A stretch of 64,000 nucleotides of DNA, taken from contig WELB01000007.1 in assembly GCA_009602725.1 (NCBI GenBank), positions 1,316,310-1,380,309 of the forward strand, written 5' to 3'. Below, piece after piece: positions 1 to 12,153 of this stretch. Under the pieces are notes generated by a model. The model did not search any database. It had not been told where the DNA came from and saw only the letters and a program-made list of their open reading frames with translations. Position 1 is the stretch's first letter. Each line of letters begins with the position of its first letter. The position numbers were made by a program, and so were the translations under genes. Source of the stretch: Spirogloea muscicola (lineage: Eukaryota).

Positions 1-16
1 ACGGTGCTGCAAGCCA

Positions 17-1100
17 TTGGTTTGTGAGGGCATTCTGATGGGAGTCACGAACAGCCTGACCACACATCGCCAGAGTATGGCTTCTGGCGTAGTAGGGATT
101 TCCAGGCTAGAGCAGTTGTTGTTCTCAACTTGGAAAACAAATCAATTGCATCATATCGAGTTGCTAGACACAGCAAAGTCCTGTTGGGACAGGCTAGTAG
201 AGCTCTACCAGCCGCAATCTCATGCTAATGAGATGTTCTTGCTCAGAAGACTACTTGGTCTGGTGATGACAGAGGGAGCCTCACTACTGACCCATGTAGA
301 TGCAATGAAGAGTCTAGGAAACCAGCTTGCTATCATAGGGGCTCCTGTTTCTGACAAGCACATGGCTTCTTACTTGCTGTCTAGCTTGCCTGTCTCCTAC
401 GAGCTGGTAGTGACCTCCCTTGAAGGGAGAGAACCAGCTCCTTCGCTGTCCCAAGTCATTTCCAGGCTTTTATTGAAAGAGACCAAGCGGAAGGGGGTGT
501 CTAGTAGTAGCTCCTATGATGCTTTGGCACTTCTCAGCACTACTGATATTCAAGGTCCTCCCATCTGTTCTTTTCGTCAGAGACCCAGACACACCTAGAA
601 AACGTGCCGAACCCAGAACCCTCATCATCCAAAAGCATCCTTGACAATGTCTGTAGTCGCAGAGGAAGCCTTCATGGCTGTCTCTGGAACTAACACCACT
701 AAGCTTGTGGACGATGATGTCTGGTTGATAGATTCTGGAGCAACTCAGCATGTCTGCTCCCAGAATAAATCGTTCGACAGCTTCAAACGTATTTCACCTC
801 TTCCTGTTCCTGTTTTGCAAACGGAAGTGTGGGTCATGCTGTCGGTGAAGGTACAGTGAGACTTCATGCTCAAGTGAAAAACAGAATCACTCCCTGCATC
901 CTGAAAAATGTCATGTATGTTCCCTCTTCAAAGACGAATCTCTTCTCTGTCTCAAAGGCAACGTCTCAAGGGAAGCAGGTGAAACTCTCTGCAGATGCAT
1001 TTGTTTTTGTCAATGTTTCCACCGGAGTCATAGTGGCTGCAGGAATCCGATATGGAAACATGTGTCAGTTGCTCTGCTCAATTGTTGAGCAGTCAGCATC
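17..1100 (+). mobile_element. Degenerate Ty1/Copia LTR retrotransposon gag-protease region
   Basis: Copia gag-type text (LLRRLLGLVMTEGASLLTHVDAMKSL...YLLSSLPVSYELVVTSLE), broken zinc knuckle (CSFRQRPRHT*KTC), protease WLIDSGATQHVC, then AVGEGTVRL...LKNVMYVPSSKTNLFSVS. Split over several ORFs by a stop and frameshift. Confidence 0.9.
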
Positions 1101-1439
1101 TCATCGTCCTCGTGCTTCGGCAGAGAGGGCATGCACTAACCCGCTAATCGAAAACGTCCAAGTATTCATGGCTCAGTTTTCACAAGCTCGGCTACTCCGA
1201 ACATCATTGGAGAAATACCAATTTCAACAGCGGCGAAGCAAGTTGGAGTTAGACTGCAAGTTCAAGGAACAGTACATGCTGTACATGCAGCTGCTGTTCC
1301 TGTTGAAGCACCTGCTGCTACTTCTTGCACCTGCTGCTACTTCAACATCTTCCTCACTTGCACAGAATGCTTTCATGGCACGACAGGGGATCCTTCCTCT
1401 CTTGCTCGACCTCAGACTTATGTTGATGCTGTTTTGAGG

Positions 1440-2410
1440 CAGGAAGCCAACGCAAAAAACAGTTCTTGCATGCAGAAAATGGCAGTTAGTGTCAATGTTT
1501 GGAAGGTGGCAAGGTTTGACATTATGGATATGATCCAAATTTCCCCTACCACAAGAGCCTTGCAAGCGGATGACTCCAGATGACATTTCGCCAACAGCTA
1601 CATAGATGAATGGACCTGTAGAGGCATCAAGCGCATCTTGAGGTTTCACCTTAAGGTAGACATAGTCATTGATAGTAATTGTCTGATGTTTCGGTTGGTA
1701 GCTAACACTACGAATAGTAGCGCAACACTGAGTATCACGATGTTGTGCTATGCGTAAATTATCCAAAGCAATAGGCATATGCCCTTTGAATAATTTGCCA
1801 CGCTCAGTGCAAACTTTGACCCACAGTTTTGGGCTATCAAGATCAACCACTCCCGCTGCGATAGCATGGAGACCCACAGAAATTACTGGATGACGACTAT
1901 ATAAAAGGAAGTATGGGCTACGCGCTGACAATGAAGTCTGTTTTGACATCCGGTATCCCATTGTTAGCCATGGCAAGAACTTATCCCACCTTTCCATGCC
2001 TTTGCGAAGAGCATACTTGGTCAGGCCTCGTTTGATAGTCTGTACCATGCACTCCGCTAAGCCATCTGCTTGTGGATGGTCGCATGAGACAACGCGGTGA
2101 TCAATAAACGGTTGGTTAAGGAGACGCTGAAAGTTACCCTGAAATTTCAATCCTTGATCGGTGAGCACCTCAGCAAGCGCCTAGTCGGGATAGTACCTGG
2201 TTCAGGAAAGCCTCAGCGATGTATACACTAGACTTTGTAGGAATAACGACAACTTCCACCCACTTAGAAAAGTGTTCTATCATGATCAATACGAAGATCG
2301 GTGGGGACCTCTGCGCAGAGGACCAGCCAGGTCCAAACTCCATCGACAAAGCAGTCCCCGAATAGGCAATGGGAAAATTGAGGTGACTTCCAATGAAAAG
2401 GTTGGTTAAT
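1440..2410 (-). mobile_element. Degenerate Ty3/Gypsy integrase fragment
   Basis: Minus-strand PLPIRGLLCRWSLDLAGPL, IEHFSKWVEV...AEAFLNQVLSRLGAC, frameshift to EVLTDQG...HPQADGLAECMVQTIKRGL...WDKFLPW...SPYFLLYSRHP (rve DDE core). Confidence 0.9.
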
Positions 2411-3300
2411 GCGCTGCTGCGCTGGGTTACGGCTAACTGGTTCTTGCGCTGTTGCGCTGGGTTCTTGCCAACTGGAACTTGCGGTGTTGCGCTGTGTTAC
2501 TGCCAACTGGAATGTGCGCTGTTGCGCTGGGCTACTGTCAACTGGTTCTTGCGCTGTTGCGCTGAAATAGTGCATTAGAAACCATCCGGAAAAAGTGAAC
2601 TAGGACCTCATCAAGGACATACTATTGCTTGCTTTGAGCTTCATTGTATTGAGTGCCGTGTTTCTTATTCATTGTATTGAGTGCCGTGTTTCTTATTCCC
2701 AACATTCTCTCGTTTACTGGACCGAGTGGACTGGAGGCCCTGAGGGAGGGTGAGCTTCGTGTTGTAGCCGAGTTGCGAGTTGGAGGGTTGTCACGGGAGT
2801 ATGACAACGACCTGGTACGTGTTGCTCTTGAACCGTTCATATTCCACTGCGGCGGCTACCGCTGCTACTCGCTCGCCACCCCCGCAGTGGCATATGAACG
2901 TTTCAAGTGCAACGCGTACCAGGTAGTTGCCAGTGATACTCCCATGACAACCCTCCAGGAATCGCAACTTGGCTACCACAGGAAGCTGACAATCCCTCAG
3001 GGCCTCGAGTCCAAAGAGAGGATGTTGGGATTAAGAAACACGGCACTCAATGCAATAAAGCTCAAAGCAAGCAATGTTATGTCCTTGATGAGGTCCTAGT
3101 TCACTATTGCCGGATGGTTCCTAATGCACTATTTCAGCGCAACAGCGCAAGAACCAGTAGACAGTAGCCCAGCGCAACAGCGCAGATTCCAGTTGGCAGT
3201 AACCCAGCGCAACAGGGCAAGAACCAGTTGGCCGTGACCCAGCGCAGCAGCGCAAGAAACAATTGGCAGTAATCCAGCGCAGCAGCGCAAGAACCAGTTA
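2411..3300. repeat. Foldback element: ~890-bp imperfect palindrome with 35-bp tandem repeats at both outer ends
   Basis: 2411-2852 is the reverse complement of ~2882-3300 around a 29-nt loop. The 35-bp unit (gcgctgttgcgctgggttacggctaactggttctt-like) starts at 2411, 2446, 2481, 2516, 2551 and is mirrored at ~3135-3300. Confidence 0.92.
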
Positions 3301-3899
3301 CCGGTCACAAGATCTAGTGATAAGACCTCCTCAACAAGCAAATGATGCAAGGCTGTACATGACAGCCTCAGAGCAGATTGAGGCAATGCTCGATATCTGC
3401 ACCTCACACACAGGGTCACTATGATTCGTGGTTTACCTGTGTCACCGATTCTGACGCGACCGGCGGCGGAGTCACCCGGGGTAAGGCTTTTTAGCAGCGC
3501 GGCTGCCCTCCCTGCGAGCCCACGCCTTCCTGGCGTGTCCTGACAGGAGCGAAGACGCCCGACGGCAATGCGGCGGCGGCGGCGGCGCTGAGGGCAGTAC
3601 TGGCAAGAGCAAAAGACTGGGCCGAGTTGACTGCTAGGCCCCGACCCTCCGCACCCCTTATCATTGGTCAGATAGAATGGTTTTGGGGGCTGGCCATTTG
3701 GCCTTTTGGCAACCCAGGTCTCAAGGCCAGTGTAGCCTGAGACCGTCTCAAAAGGCCAGTGTAGCCCGAGACTGTAATTTCTACCCCTACCTACCTTACC
3801 CGCCGCTAGCCTGGCCGGTACCCGCCATCACTCGTCAAGGTGGTGGCACACCCATCGAAGCGGGCGTTGGGCTTTTCGAGCTTCTCTTGGGCTTCAATT

Positions 3900-4140
3900 G
3901 AGCGGTTCGGGCGGCAGGATAGGGCTGCTTGAGGCTCGGCAGAGTGCCTCCTTCCCTGCATCGAGCTACTCTGACCTGATGTTGCTCACTCGCGGGTACT
4001 GAGCTTCCTTAGTGTGTTGTCGTGTTTGGTAAAGTAGTCCTTTCTTCGGCACCTCTTTCGTTGGCTTTGGACATTGTCCATTGTTTTTGGGCTGGCTTTG
4101 CCAGCCCCTCTTCTCTATGGGCGAGCACTTTCTATGCTTG
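3900..4140 (+). mobile_element. 3' stub of RLE-type retroelement plus type-B 3' repeat
   Basis: SYSDLMLLTRGY* ending ~4002, followed by tttttgggctggc...ccagcccctcttctctatgggcgag, which matches the reverse complement of ~20650-20755. Confidence 0.65.
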
Positions 4141-4399
4141 CCGTTGATGGGGAAGGCACGGCGGCGGATCGGATGGTGCTCCGACACCGAGCCAGATCGG
4201 TGCGCATCTTTCCTGACTGACGTAGAGCCGGAGGTGACCTGGTTGCGACTCGTTCACACTGGAGCAAATGGGAGTCCACCTGTCATGTCCACGTATGCTT
4301 CCACGTCACCATCGTTGTCAGATCGACACAACTGGACCACCGACGGGATATTTCATGACAACTCTGCCAGCCCTCCCCACACTGGCAGCCCTCCCCACT

Positions 4400-5734
4400 C
4401 TCAGCTGTCTGTTGCTATCCTAACCGGGAGCGTGGCCCAACGCCCAACCTACATGCAGCAGTTCCTCCCACCACCGCTCTGGATAACATTTATGCCGCTG
4501 CGGATGTCAGCGTCCGACAGGCTCTGCTCGGCCTGCTGGACCACCCGGCACTCCCTACAATGCCTGCTGCCCTCGTCCACATTATGCTCCCAGTAGGCAA
4601 GGGCGGCCTTGGCTGCCACCCTCTGGCTCACCTGGCTCGCGCGGCACGCCTGGGGTGTTGGGCCCAAAGTGGTCTCCACAGTATCAACGCGCTTCATCAG
4701 GAGGGGTCAAGCAGTACTGGCATCAGCAATAGCTGGAGTTGCAAATGGGACCCTGCCCTTCCAAACCTCCCTCTCTGAGTCGGCAGAGACCTCCTCCCAA
4801 TCACTCACGGCAGATCAGGTCGATTTTTTTGCGTGGGCAAGTTGCTCTGACCCGAAAACTCAAGCTCGTTTTGCACGCGCAGCCAATGAGCAAGCCATGT
4901 GCCAACTCAAAGCTCTGCTCAAGGAGGAGGGGCGTGGGCTCTCTCGTCTACACTCAATAAGCTCTCCGGGAGCGTCGGAGTGGCTCAACGCTCTGCCGAT
5001 CTATGAATCCCTCCGGCTATCTGACGACCACTTCCGGACGGCCACTACGATCTCGGCCTCCCTCCACTTTGTTTGGCGGACATTCGGCAGTGTTGTCATG
5101 CAGCCATGGAGGTGCCGGGCATCATGCCGGTTCTCCAGAAGCGTGGCAGGCCTTACGTCAGGCGTCTGGATGTGGTGGCCACCCCCCGGAGTGGTGGGTC
5201 TCGTCTTCTCCTCAACGTCGTTCTCATCTACGCATTCCAACCAGGGGCACCCACGCCGACTGTGCCAGGTTGGGCTACACATCATGCGGAGAAGAAGAAG
5301 GAGCGCCATCATATGAACCACCACCGGGGCGACCACTTCTTCCCATGCGCCATGGACATATACGGCGGCTACGGAACAAAGTGGTCTTCTCTCCTCCATC
5401 GCCTGGCACAGCATGTCGATGCCCGCCGACGTAGTCGGGCGGGTAGCTTAGGGCATTCTAGACTCCCGCACGCCATCGTTGCCTGCTATAGAATGCGGCT
5501 ATCATTGAGTCTGCAGCACTCCCAGGCACTCGCGATACACCAGCGTGCTGGGCGTGCATCAGGCCAGGCAAATGGCTTCCGTGGTGGTGGTCTGGCTCCT
5601 CAGCTTAGCTTGTCCGATATGTATGTGCTCACTGGAGGATACTAGTGCCCCTCTTAGCTAACTCTTCACCCCGGTACCAGGACAGGATAGAATTGGCCTC
5701 TCTTTCCAATTTCATGCGCACCGCGCGCCTTCTC
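4400..5734 (+). mobile_element. Non-LTR retrotransposon remnant, CRE-like with restriction-like endonuclease (RLE)
   Basis: LPVGKGGLG (end of RT region), SRLHSISSPGASEWLNALP..SLRLSDDHFRTA, RLE-like RRLDV...LLLNV...AEKKKERH...FFPCAMDIYGGYG...RLSLSLQHSQA, ORF ends LSLSDMYVLTGGY* at 5645, then a 3' tail ending cgcgccttctc. Frameshifted. Confidence 0.8.
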
Positions 5735-5741
5735 GTTGAAA

Positions 5742-5865
5742 GAGAGAGAGAGAGAAGGCGCGCGGTGCGCATGAAATTAAAGCGAGGCCAATTCAAGCCA
5801 TTTCATTGTTCAGGCAGAAAATGCAGAAAGTGCAAAGAATGCAGCGCAAAGAATGTGGCTACATG
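5742..5865 (-). repeat. Inverted copy of RLE element 3' tail (type A)
   Basis: gagagaaggcgcgcggtgcgcatgaaatt...gaggccaattc...cattgttcaggcag; same sequence as 6839-6930 and 12154-12250. Confidence 0.8.
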
Positions 5866-5921
5866 AAAAGACGCCCTATACTAGGAGGGCCGGAGGTGCC
5901 ACAGAGCGGGGGGAGCCGTGC

Positions 5922-6421
5922 NNNNNNNNNNNNNNNNNNNNNNNNNNNNNNNNNNNNNNNNNNNNNNNNNNNNNNNNNNNNNNNNNNNNNNNNNNNNNNN
6001 NNNNNNNNNNNNNNNNNNNNNNNNNNNNNNNNNNNNNNNNNNNNNNNNNNNNNNNNNNNNNNNNNNNNNNNNNNNNNNNNNNNNNNNNNNNNNNNNNNNN
6101 NNNNNNNNNNNNNNNNNNNNNNNNNNNNNNNNNNNNNNNNNNNNNNNNNNNNNNNNNNNNNNNNNNNNNNNNNNNNNNNNNNNNNNNNNNNNNNNNNNNN
6201 NNNNNNNNNNNNNNNNNNNNNNNNNNNNNNNNNNNNNNNNNNNNNNNNNNNNNNNNNNNNNNNNNNNNNNNNNNNNNNNNNNNNNNNNNNNNNNNNNNNN
6301 NNNNNNNNNNNNNNNNNNNNNNNNNNNNNNNNNNNNNNNNNNNNNNNNNNNNNNNNNNNNNNNNNNNNNNNNNNNNNNNNNNNNNNNNNNNNNNNNNNNN
6401 NNNNNNNNNNNNNNNNNNNNN
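5922..6421. other. Assembly gap (others: 16673-17156, 54597-55101; single N at 23289 and 30832)
   Basis: Runs of N, each flanked by very GC-rich sequence. Confidence 0.99.
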
Positions 6422-6838
6422 GCTGCCCGTGAAGACAGGAGGCGCTTGGTAGGGGAGGACGAGCTCGGCTCCCGCCGGGGTAGAGGAGGCCGGGGCGCCC
6501 GAGGCCGCCGCCGCGGGGCTTGAAGCGTCGGGAGGAGCAGCTGTCGCTGGCGCAGGCACGGGGAACTGCTGCCCAGCCGAGGGTGACCGGGGGAACTCGG
6601 CAGCGGCGAGGCAACCAGAGGGGCGGGGGCAGGGTCTGGCGCGGCCTTGAGCGTGGCGCCCGAAGAAGCCCCGGGGCCTGGCGCGGCCATGAGCTCGTCG
6701 GCGCCAGCTCGCCAGCCGGCGGCAGCGGGGGGCGAAAGGACCGCCGCCGCCGCCGCGGCGGCGGCGGCGGCGGCGCGGGGGGCAAGCGCGGGCGCGCCAA
6801 CGGTCGGGTTGGGGGTGGGCGGGGGGGGGGGGTTGAAA

Positions 6839-6930
6839 GAGAGAGAAGGCGCGCGGGGCGCATGAATTGAAAGAGAGGCCAATTCAAGCCAATACATTGT
6901 TCAGGCAGAGTCGAGTGCAGACTAAACAAA
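6839..6930 (-). repeat. RLE element 3' tail (type A) upstream of RAD51D
   Basis: Near-identical (~90 bp) to 12154-12245. Confidence 0.85.
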
Positions 6931-7219
6931 AGGATCAGGATGTTGAAAGGATCAGAAGCCGCGTTCTTCGTCCAGTCGCCGGGTCGGCTTCGTCGGCCGC
7001 GGTCCCCAGACGCGCGCGCCTCCCTCCTGCGGCCCCGGCGCCGCACCAGCGTGGCGCAGAGCGACGGCGCGGGCCGACCCGAGCAAGTCTCGGGCCCTGC
7101 CACTGTGCCAGAAGCCCGAGAGCCGCCGCTCGCTGGTCGCCTCGCCGGCCGGCTGTCAGCCGCGGCAGAGGCTGGCGACCGCATGCGGGCGCGCTGCCTG
7201 CCGGTGATGGAGGGCCAGC

Positions 7220-9806
7220 ATGCCCCTTCTCTCGCAACTCCGGCTACCCCTCCTCAACCCGGACGTCCTCGAGTTCTTTCGCGTCAACGGCATCCACACC
7301 GGTGAGCTTCAGCAAACGTTGCCGTTCCCCGGATGTCGACCTGCACTGCTTGCTGCCACTCTTTTCTGCAGCAGCACCAAAAGAATGAGCTTCTGTGCAC
7401 GCTCCTCCATCTACTATGTGCACTATGAATATCAGCTGATAGGCATTTTCCTCCATGCAGCGGAGGACTTGGTCGTGGCAGATATTCATGCTCTGCCTGG
7501 ACTGGCTGGGGATGGGAAAGAATGCTTAAGCAGGCACGAGGTACAGCATTTTGCTGTCATTACTGCGGCAGCTGCGATGTTGATTTGCCACACCTGCAGC
7601 GGGCTCGCAACAGCAGGCTGCTTTTCATTGTTGACAACTTGATGAGATGCTAGAGTTTGTATTGCTCGTTATCCAACAGCACTTCCCTTGGTTTGACTAT
7701 TTATCTTGAACAACAGCTGGACAATTAACTCTGGCTTGGGCTGGTTGCAGGCCATCGTCGCAGTATTGGAGCACCTGAAAGACGTACACTTCAGTCGAGG
7801 CCTGATTGATGGAAATGCTCTCCTGCAAGCCTCAATGCAATCCATATGCTTCTCCAGTGGCTGTGAGAGGTACAATTGTCAAACCTCAGTTCAATGCATA
7901 TTGATAAGAAAAGCTTGGTTATCAGAGAATTTGAAGACTCCTTGTATCTCATCAGGATTGATGACTTGCTGGGGGGCGGAGTGAAAACTGGAACTCTGAT
8001 TGAGTTTGTCGGGACTTCAGCTTCAGGCAAGACTCAGGTGTACAGTCCAACAACCTTAGGCTTACATCATAGGAGCTTGTGCTTGTCATTTGACAATAGA
8101 GACATGTGCATGGAAGAATTTTATTGAAGCATTTTACGTTGTGCAACGATCTCTGTGCTATACCATGACGACAATGTAAAGACAAATATTCAAACCAGCT
8201 GATGAGGGCCAGGGCACATAGGCTGCTGTGACATAATCACTTGCAGGAACTGACCATGAGCATTTTGTCGCTTATTAAGTCCTTTCCTTACTGTGATCAA
8301 AGCACTGTGCTTTGCCTATTCCGCAGCTTTGTCTCCAGATTGCAGCAGCTGCTGCGTTCAAGAATAAGGTTGCTGTTGCATTTGTAGACACTGCCAACTC
8401 TTTCAGCGCACAACGTGTTGCTCAGATGATTTGTGGACTGGTGGGCACCGAAGAGAAGCTCCAGGTTAGGTGATGATGACTTTGTTGCTGAATTGCCAAA
8501 TGTAAGCTTCTGTATTGTTCTTTATGCCTCGTGACTTATCTAGCTGGGCGAGCCTATTGCACCTTCACAGCGCCTGAAATGCAAACTTTGACCACCTACA
8601 GGAGGTTGAAGCAGACATACCCAGGGCTATGAAGTCCATTGTACGAATGAGGGCATTTGACATGCACTCCGTGCTAGTTTTGCTAGATGAAATCTGCAGG
8701 AGGAAAGCACCTGCAATGCAGGTATGTATTGACCAACTTGACCCCCTCCTGTCATCTTGTGAATGTTGACAACAGCAGACCTCCTGCAGTCCAGTGCAGA
8801 AGCCCGAGGCAGTGCAGCTCATAATTGTCGGAAGGCTGTTATTTAGGTGCATGTCTTGAAGCACATCTTTTAATAATTACATGTGTTCTGTTGTGCCGTG
8901 CATGCTATGCAGCCTACAGATTACTTCAAGCAGCTGAGATTGTTGATGGTAGACTCGGCATCGGCAATTGTGGCACCTGTACTTGGTAGTGGACAATCCC
9001 AAGGTAACCATGCTTCGCCTTGTTTTACTGGCAGTTGCAGGTGTTGCAGCAGACACCTACCAATGAACCACTCAGACTTATGGCTGTCTTGAGATGCTTT
9101 TTCAAATAAAATAAGCTTTTCTATTAATTTTGTTGAAGTGTTGTGCAGGTCACTGTTTGATGCAGACCTTAAGTCGTCGATTGAAGTCTCTGGCGATTGA
9201 GCATGATGTTGCTGTCCTTGTAGGTCCCAATTAGCCACTTGATGCTCTACTTGTTTGAATTCACGCTTGGTATTGTGCTGTCCATTCAGCTCTGAGCAGG
9301 GCAGGTCATGCTTCTGAACTTGTGTAGATCAAATCTCCTCAAGCCTTTCTCACCTTCAACTATTGTGTGGTGAGTGTATGACCTTGGACAATTACCTGAA
9401 TCCGATATCAGATTTCTGTATACAGGTCACCAATCACACAGTAGCAGGTGATGCAGATCAGCCTAAGCCGGCGCTTGGAGAGACCTGGAAGAGCGTCCCT
9501 CATCTTCGGCTTTCTCTGACCAAGATTCCCTCATCCAATGTCTCCTCTGCAGCTCTTCTTACCCCTTCACTACTGGTAAGTGCACAAGCAAAAGAAGTAT
9601 GACTGTTCAGAAAATGGTACCCTTGCTCGTGTATATGGGTCGGTAGGTCAAGTGTGTGGGGTGCAGGTCGCATAATTTCCAACACCGCAAAGCTGTAGCT
9701 TGATGCTTTCAGTTCCACATTGCAGAACATGAAGCAGTCCGTGATGGTACGAATAGGCCGAATGGGCATTGTGAATGCCCTGGATGATGAGCTCAGGCAT
9801 GCATGA
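7220..9806 (+). CDS. RAD51D: DNA repair protein RAD51 paralog D (multi-exon, ~10 exons)
   Basis: GT-AG exons give Walker [43 protein letters not shown], Walker [13 protein letters not shown] and the RAD51D-typical [16 protein letters not shown]. Last exon 9726-9806 (in phase) is less certain. Confidence 0.9.
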
Positions 9807-10399
9807 AAGGCATGAGATAGTGTGTGGGCCAGAGCAGAGAGCCCAGATTGACCAGAGAAGCAACAAATTGTTGCAAATCTAGTGATGCGCCCCCACATGG
9901 CATGAGTGTTCTGTGCTCTTCACGAGCATGTCTGGCAGCTTCAGCTCCGTTTAGCTTCGACTTTGTACAGCACAACCTGCTAAGTCATGACGTAGTCACA
10001 CAATCCATTCTTTGATTACTGGATTAGTAAGTAAGAATTCCAGAATCCCTGTCAAGTTGCACTTCATGGTGAATCAGCTAGACCTACCAGATATTAGACG
10101 TCACCATGGTCAACTACATTTTGTAGCAAGAGAAGTAATCAATCAGGACCAGCAGCTGCTTTGTTGGCATGGGAGGTTTACAATAGAAGAAACACCAGCA
10201 GCTGCCTTCATTGGCGTGATAGATGTATTGTAAGCTTAGGCACCAGTATTTTTACTGGATGGGGCACCTGTGTGGAGGCTGAGAGGAGCCCTTCTGGTTG
10301 AGAGACTCAAATGAAGTGAGCCGCAATAGGAGCAAATCTGTTGATGTCCTTGTTGTTTTATAGCTGTATGAAGCTTTAAGCATCACCACCACCTTATCA

Positions 10400-10720
10400 A
10401 AGGGAGAATGCGCGCGATGCATGACTCGACAGGGAGCCAAACCGAGCGAGTACATTGTTCAGGCAATAATCAGGTGCAAGGCTACATGGGGCTAAGGCAA
10501 CAGGGCGAGAGCACAGCTAAAGGTGGTTTGAAGCGTTGCATGTGATTAAATGGTCAACCAGCGGATTGGGCTGGGGATCCTTTTTGACTCAGCCAGTGGG
10601 CAGTAAGAGCGCTCCTGTGAAAGAAAGACAGCCCTTCCAAATTGACTGGTGGCTGTGAGAGGCCAGCCCAAAAGAAAGTAAATAACTCTGTCAAAGTAAG
10701 GCAATGGCTGTGAGAGGCCC
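10400..10720 (-). repeat. Diverged type-A tail and type-B repeat stubs
   Basis: tacattgttcaggca...aaggctacat (10451-10487) matches the type-A tail; gagaggccagcccaaaag (~10657-10675) matches type-B. Confidence 0.6.
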
Positions 10721-12153
10721 GCCGAACGGGTGCCCGGCACATTGTGCCATTCTGATTTTAAGGCGACCGCTGCTCGGGTGCGCCCTGGCTATGGCAGCCT
10801 GTGCTAGTCTGGCCTCTGTCTGCCGCCATGAGTGGATTTGCCTCTGTACTGCCGAGACAAAGGGCAATCTGCCGGTCCTGTAGAGAGGGGCCAATCCCCA
10901 GTTGAAGGCATGCAGTGGCAAAGACGACGTTGAGGCAATTGGGATTATTAAAGCAGTAGGAGCTTCATCAGGGTTTACCAGCTCCATAATGTTGCAGATT
11001 ATGGGCTCACTCCTACACCTACACATCTACACAACCGGACTTACTCAAGTGATGTCTGAGATCTTGCTCGAACCCGACGCTCAGAGCTGCTTGGCCGGCG
11101 TACAGACTGCGTTGTTAATTCTCCAAGTCTCGTTCCTTGTAAAGAAGGCGAGCCAGCACATAGTCCAAAGTCAGATCGTCCCTGCTAATTTGGAAAGATC
11201 CTCAAAGAGCACGGTCCCAGGTTGAAGTCTTATCAGATTGGGCAGAATCTGGTTCCTAGCTGGAACCTCTTCTCCATCGTTGTGTGATTGAAGAGCCAAG
11301 AACTCCAATTCGCGTCCTATATGGGCTCATTGCCCTCCTTCATACACTCCCGCAGTCTCATACCAATTTAGATAGGCCCTATCATTCCCTCTCTGTTCAC
11401 ATTGTGTCTTCAGATGCCCCATATCTGGCCAGAGGCTTGTTGACGACGCCAATCATTTCCTAATTCATTATATTTGCCACAAGTATTGATGTGGCTACAG
11501 CAGCTTCGCTCGAGTATGGCCGGCTTCGGGCTCAATGCAGTGGGCTCGTTAGCATGGAATGTGTTGCGTCTGAAGCAGCAGCTCGTCACCTTGTACTTCC
11601 AAATCAACCAATCTGTATGCCACAAAGAGTTGGGGTCGAGGACAAATAGCTAGCTGCCTTCACAAGGAGCCCAGTCGAGAACACAGAGTGGAGTAGATGA
11701 AAAGCTGAGGCTATGGACTGCAGGCAACAGGAGCAACATCAGGAGCTACCAGATCCCAAAGGTTGTCCATCAGACCAAAGGCACCGGGCAGACGCCGGCA
11801 CTCGAGCTGCAGATGACCATTTGAGGTCACACCCGCCTATTCCGTAGAGTTACCCTGTCATGGGCATTGGACTCCTGAAGCCGGCTGCTGCGCGTGCTAA
11901 TCCACACAGCCCTGCCAGGCCTGGAGGAGCCATTGTGGAGCTTGTTGGCTGCATTTACCTGCCAATCCAGCAAGCAACCATGCCTGTCATGAGCAATCCA
12001 GCGCCCCACCGGTTAAATGCTCTACTATTCGTCCTTCGGTGTGCACCCGCTCTTCAGCGCAACTTTTCGACTATCTCTTTCTTAGTTTCTTCTTGGGGAT
12101 AGTTTTCCGGCAGCTAGTCTGTCGGGATCTGTGGCTTCTCACTCGTAACTACT

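Noticed and set aside
2411..2565. 35-bp periodic repeats as a CRISPR array
   Set aside because: Units are contiguous with no unique spacers, are mirrored as an inverted repeat, and there are no cas genes in this eukaryotic context.
2653..3099. 148-aa ORF inside the palindrome
   Set aside because: Product of the inverted repeat (similar peptides on both strands); no recognisable domain.
3085..3110. Hammerhead-ribozyme-like tgatgag here and ctgatga at ~8200, ~29622, ~33321 and ~33350
   Set aside because: No correctly spaced stem II plus GAAA core could be built.
5073..5645. Endonuclease ORF as Fanzor/TnpB RNA-guided nuclease
   Set aside because: No RuvC or zinc-finger motifs; it follows RT-associated LPxxxGGLG and WL..LP motifs typical of RLE non-LTR elements.
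5806..7388. Long overlapping ORFs around the gap and upstream of RAD51D
   Set aside because: Inflated by N runs and GC-rich stop-poor sequence; low-complexity R/A/P/G peptides.
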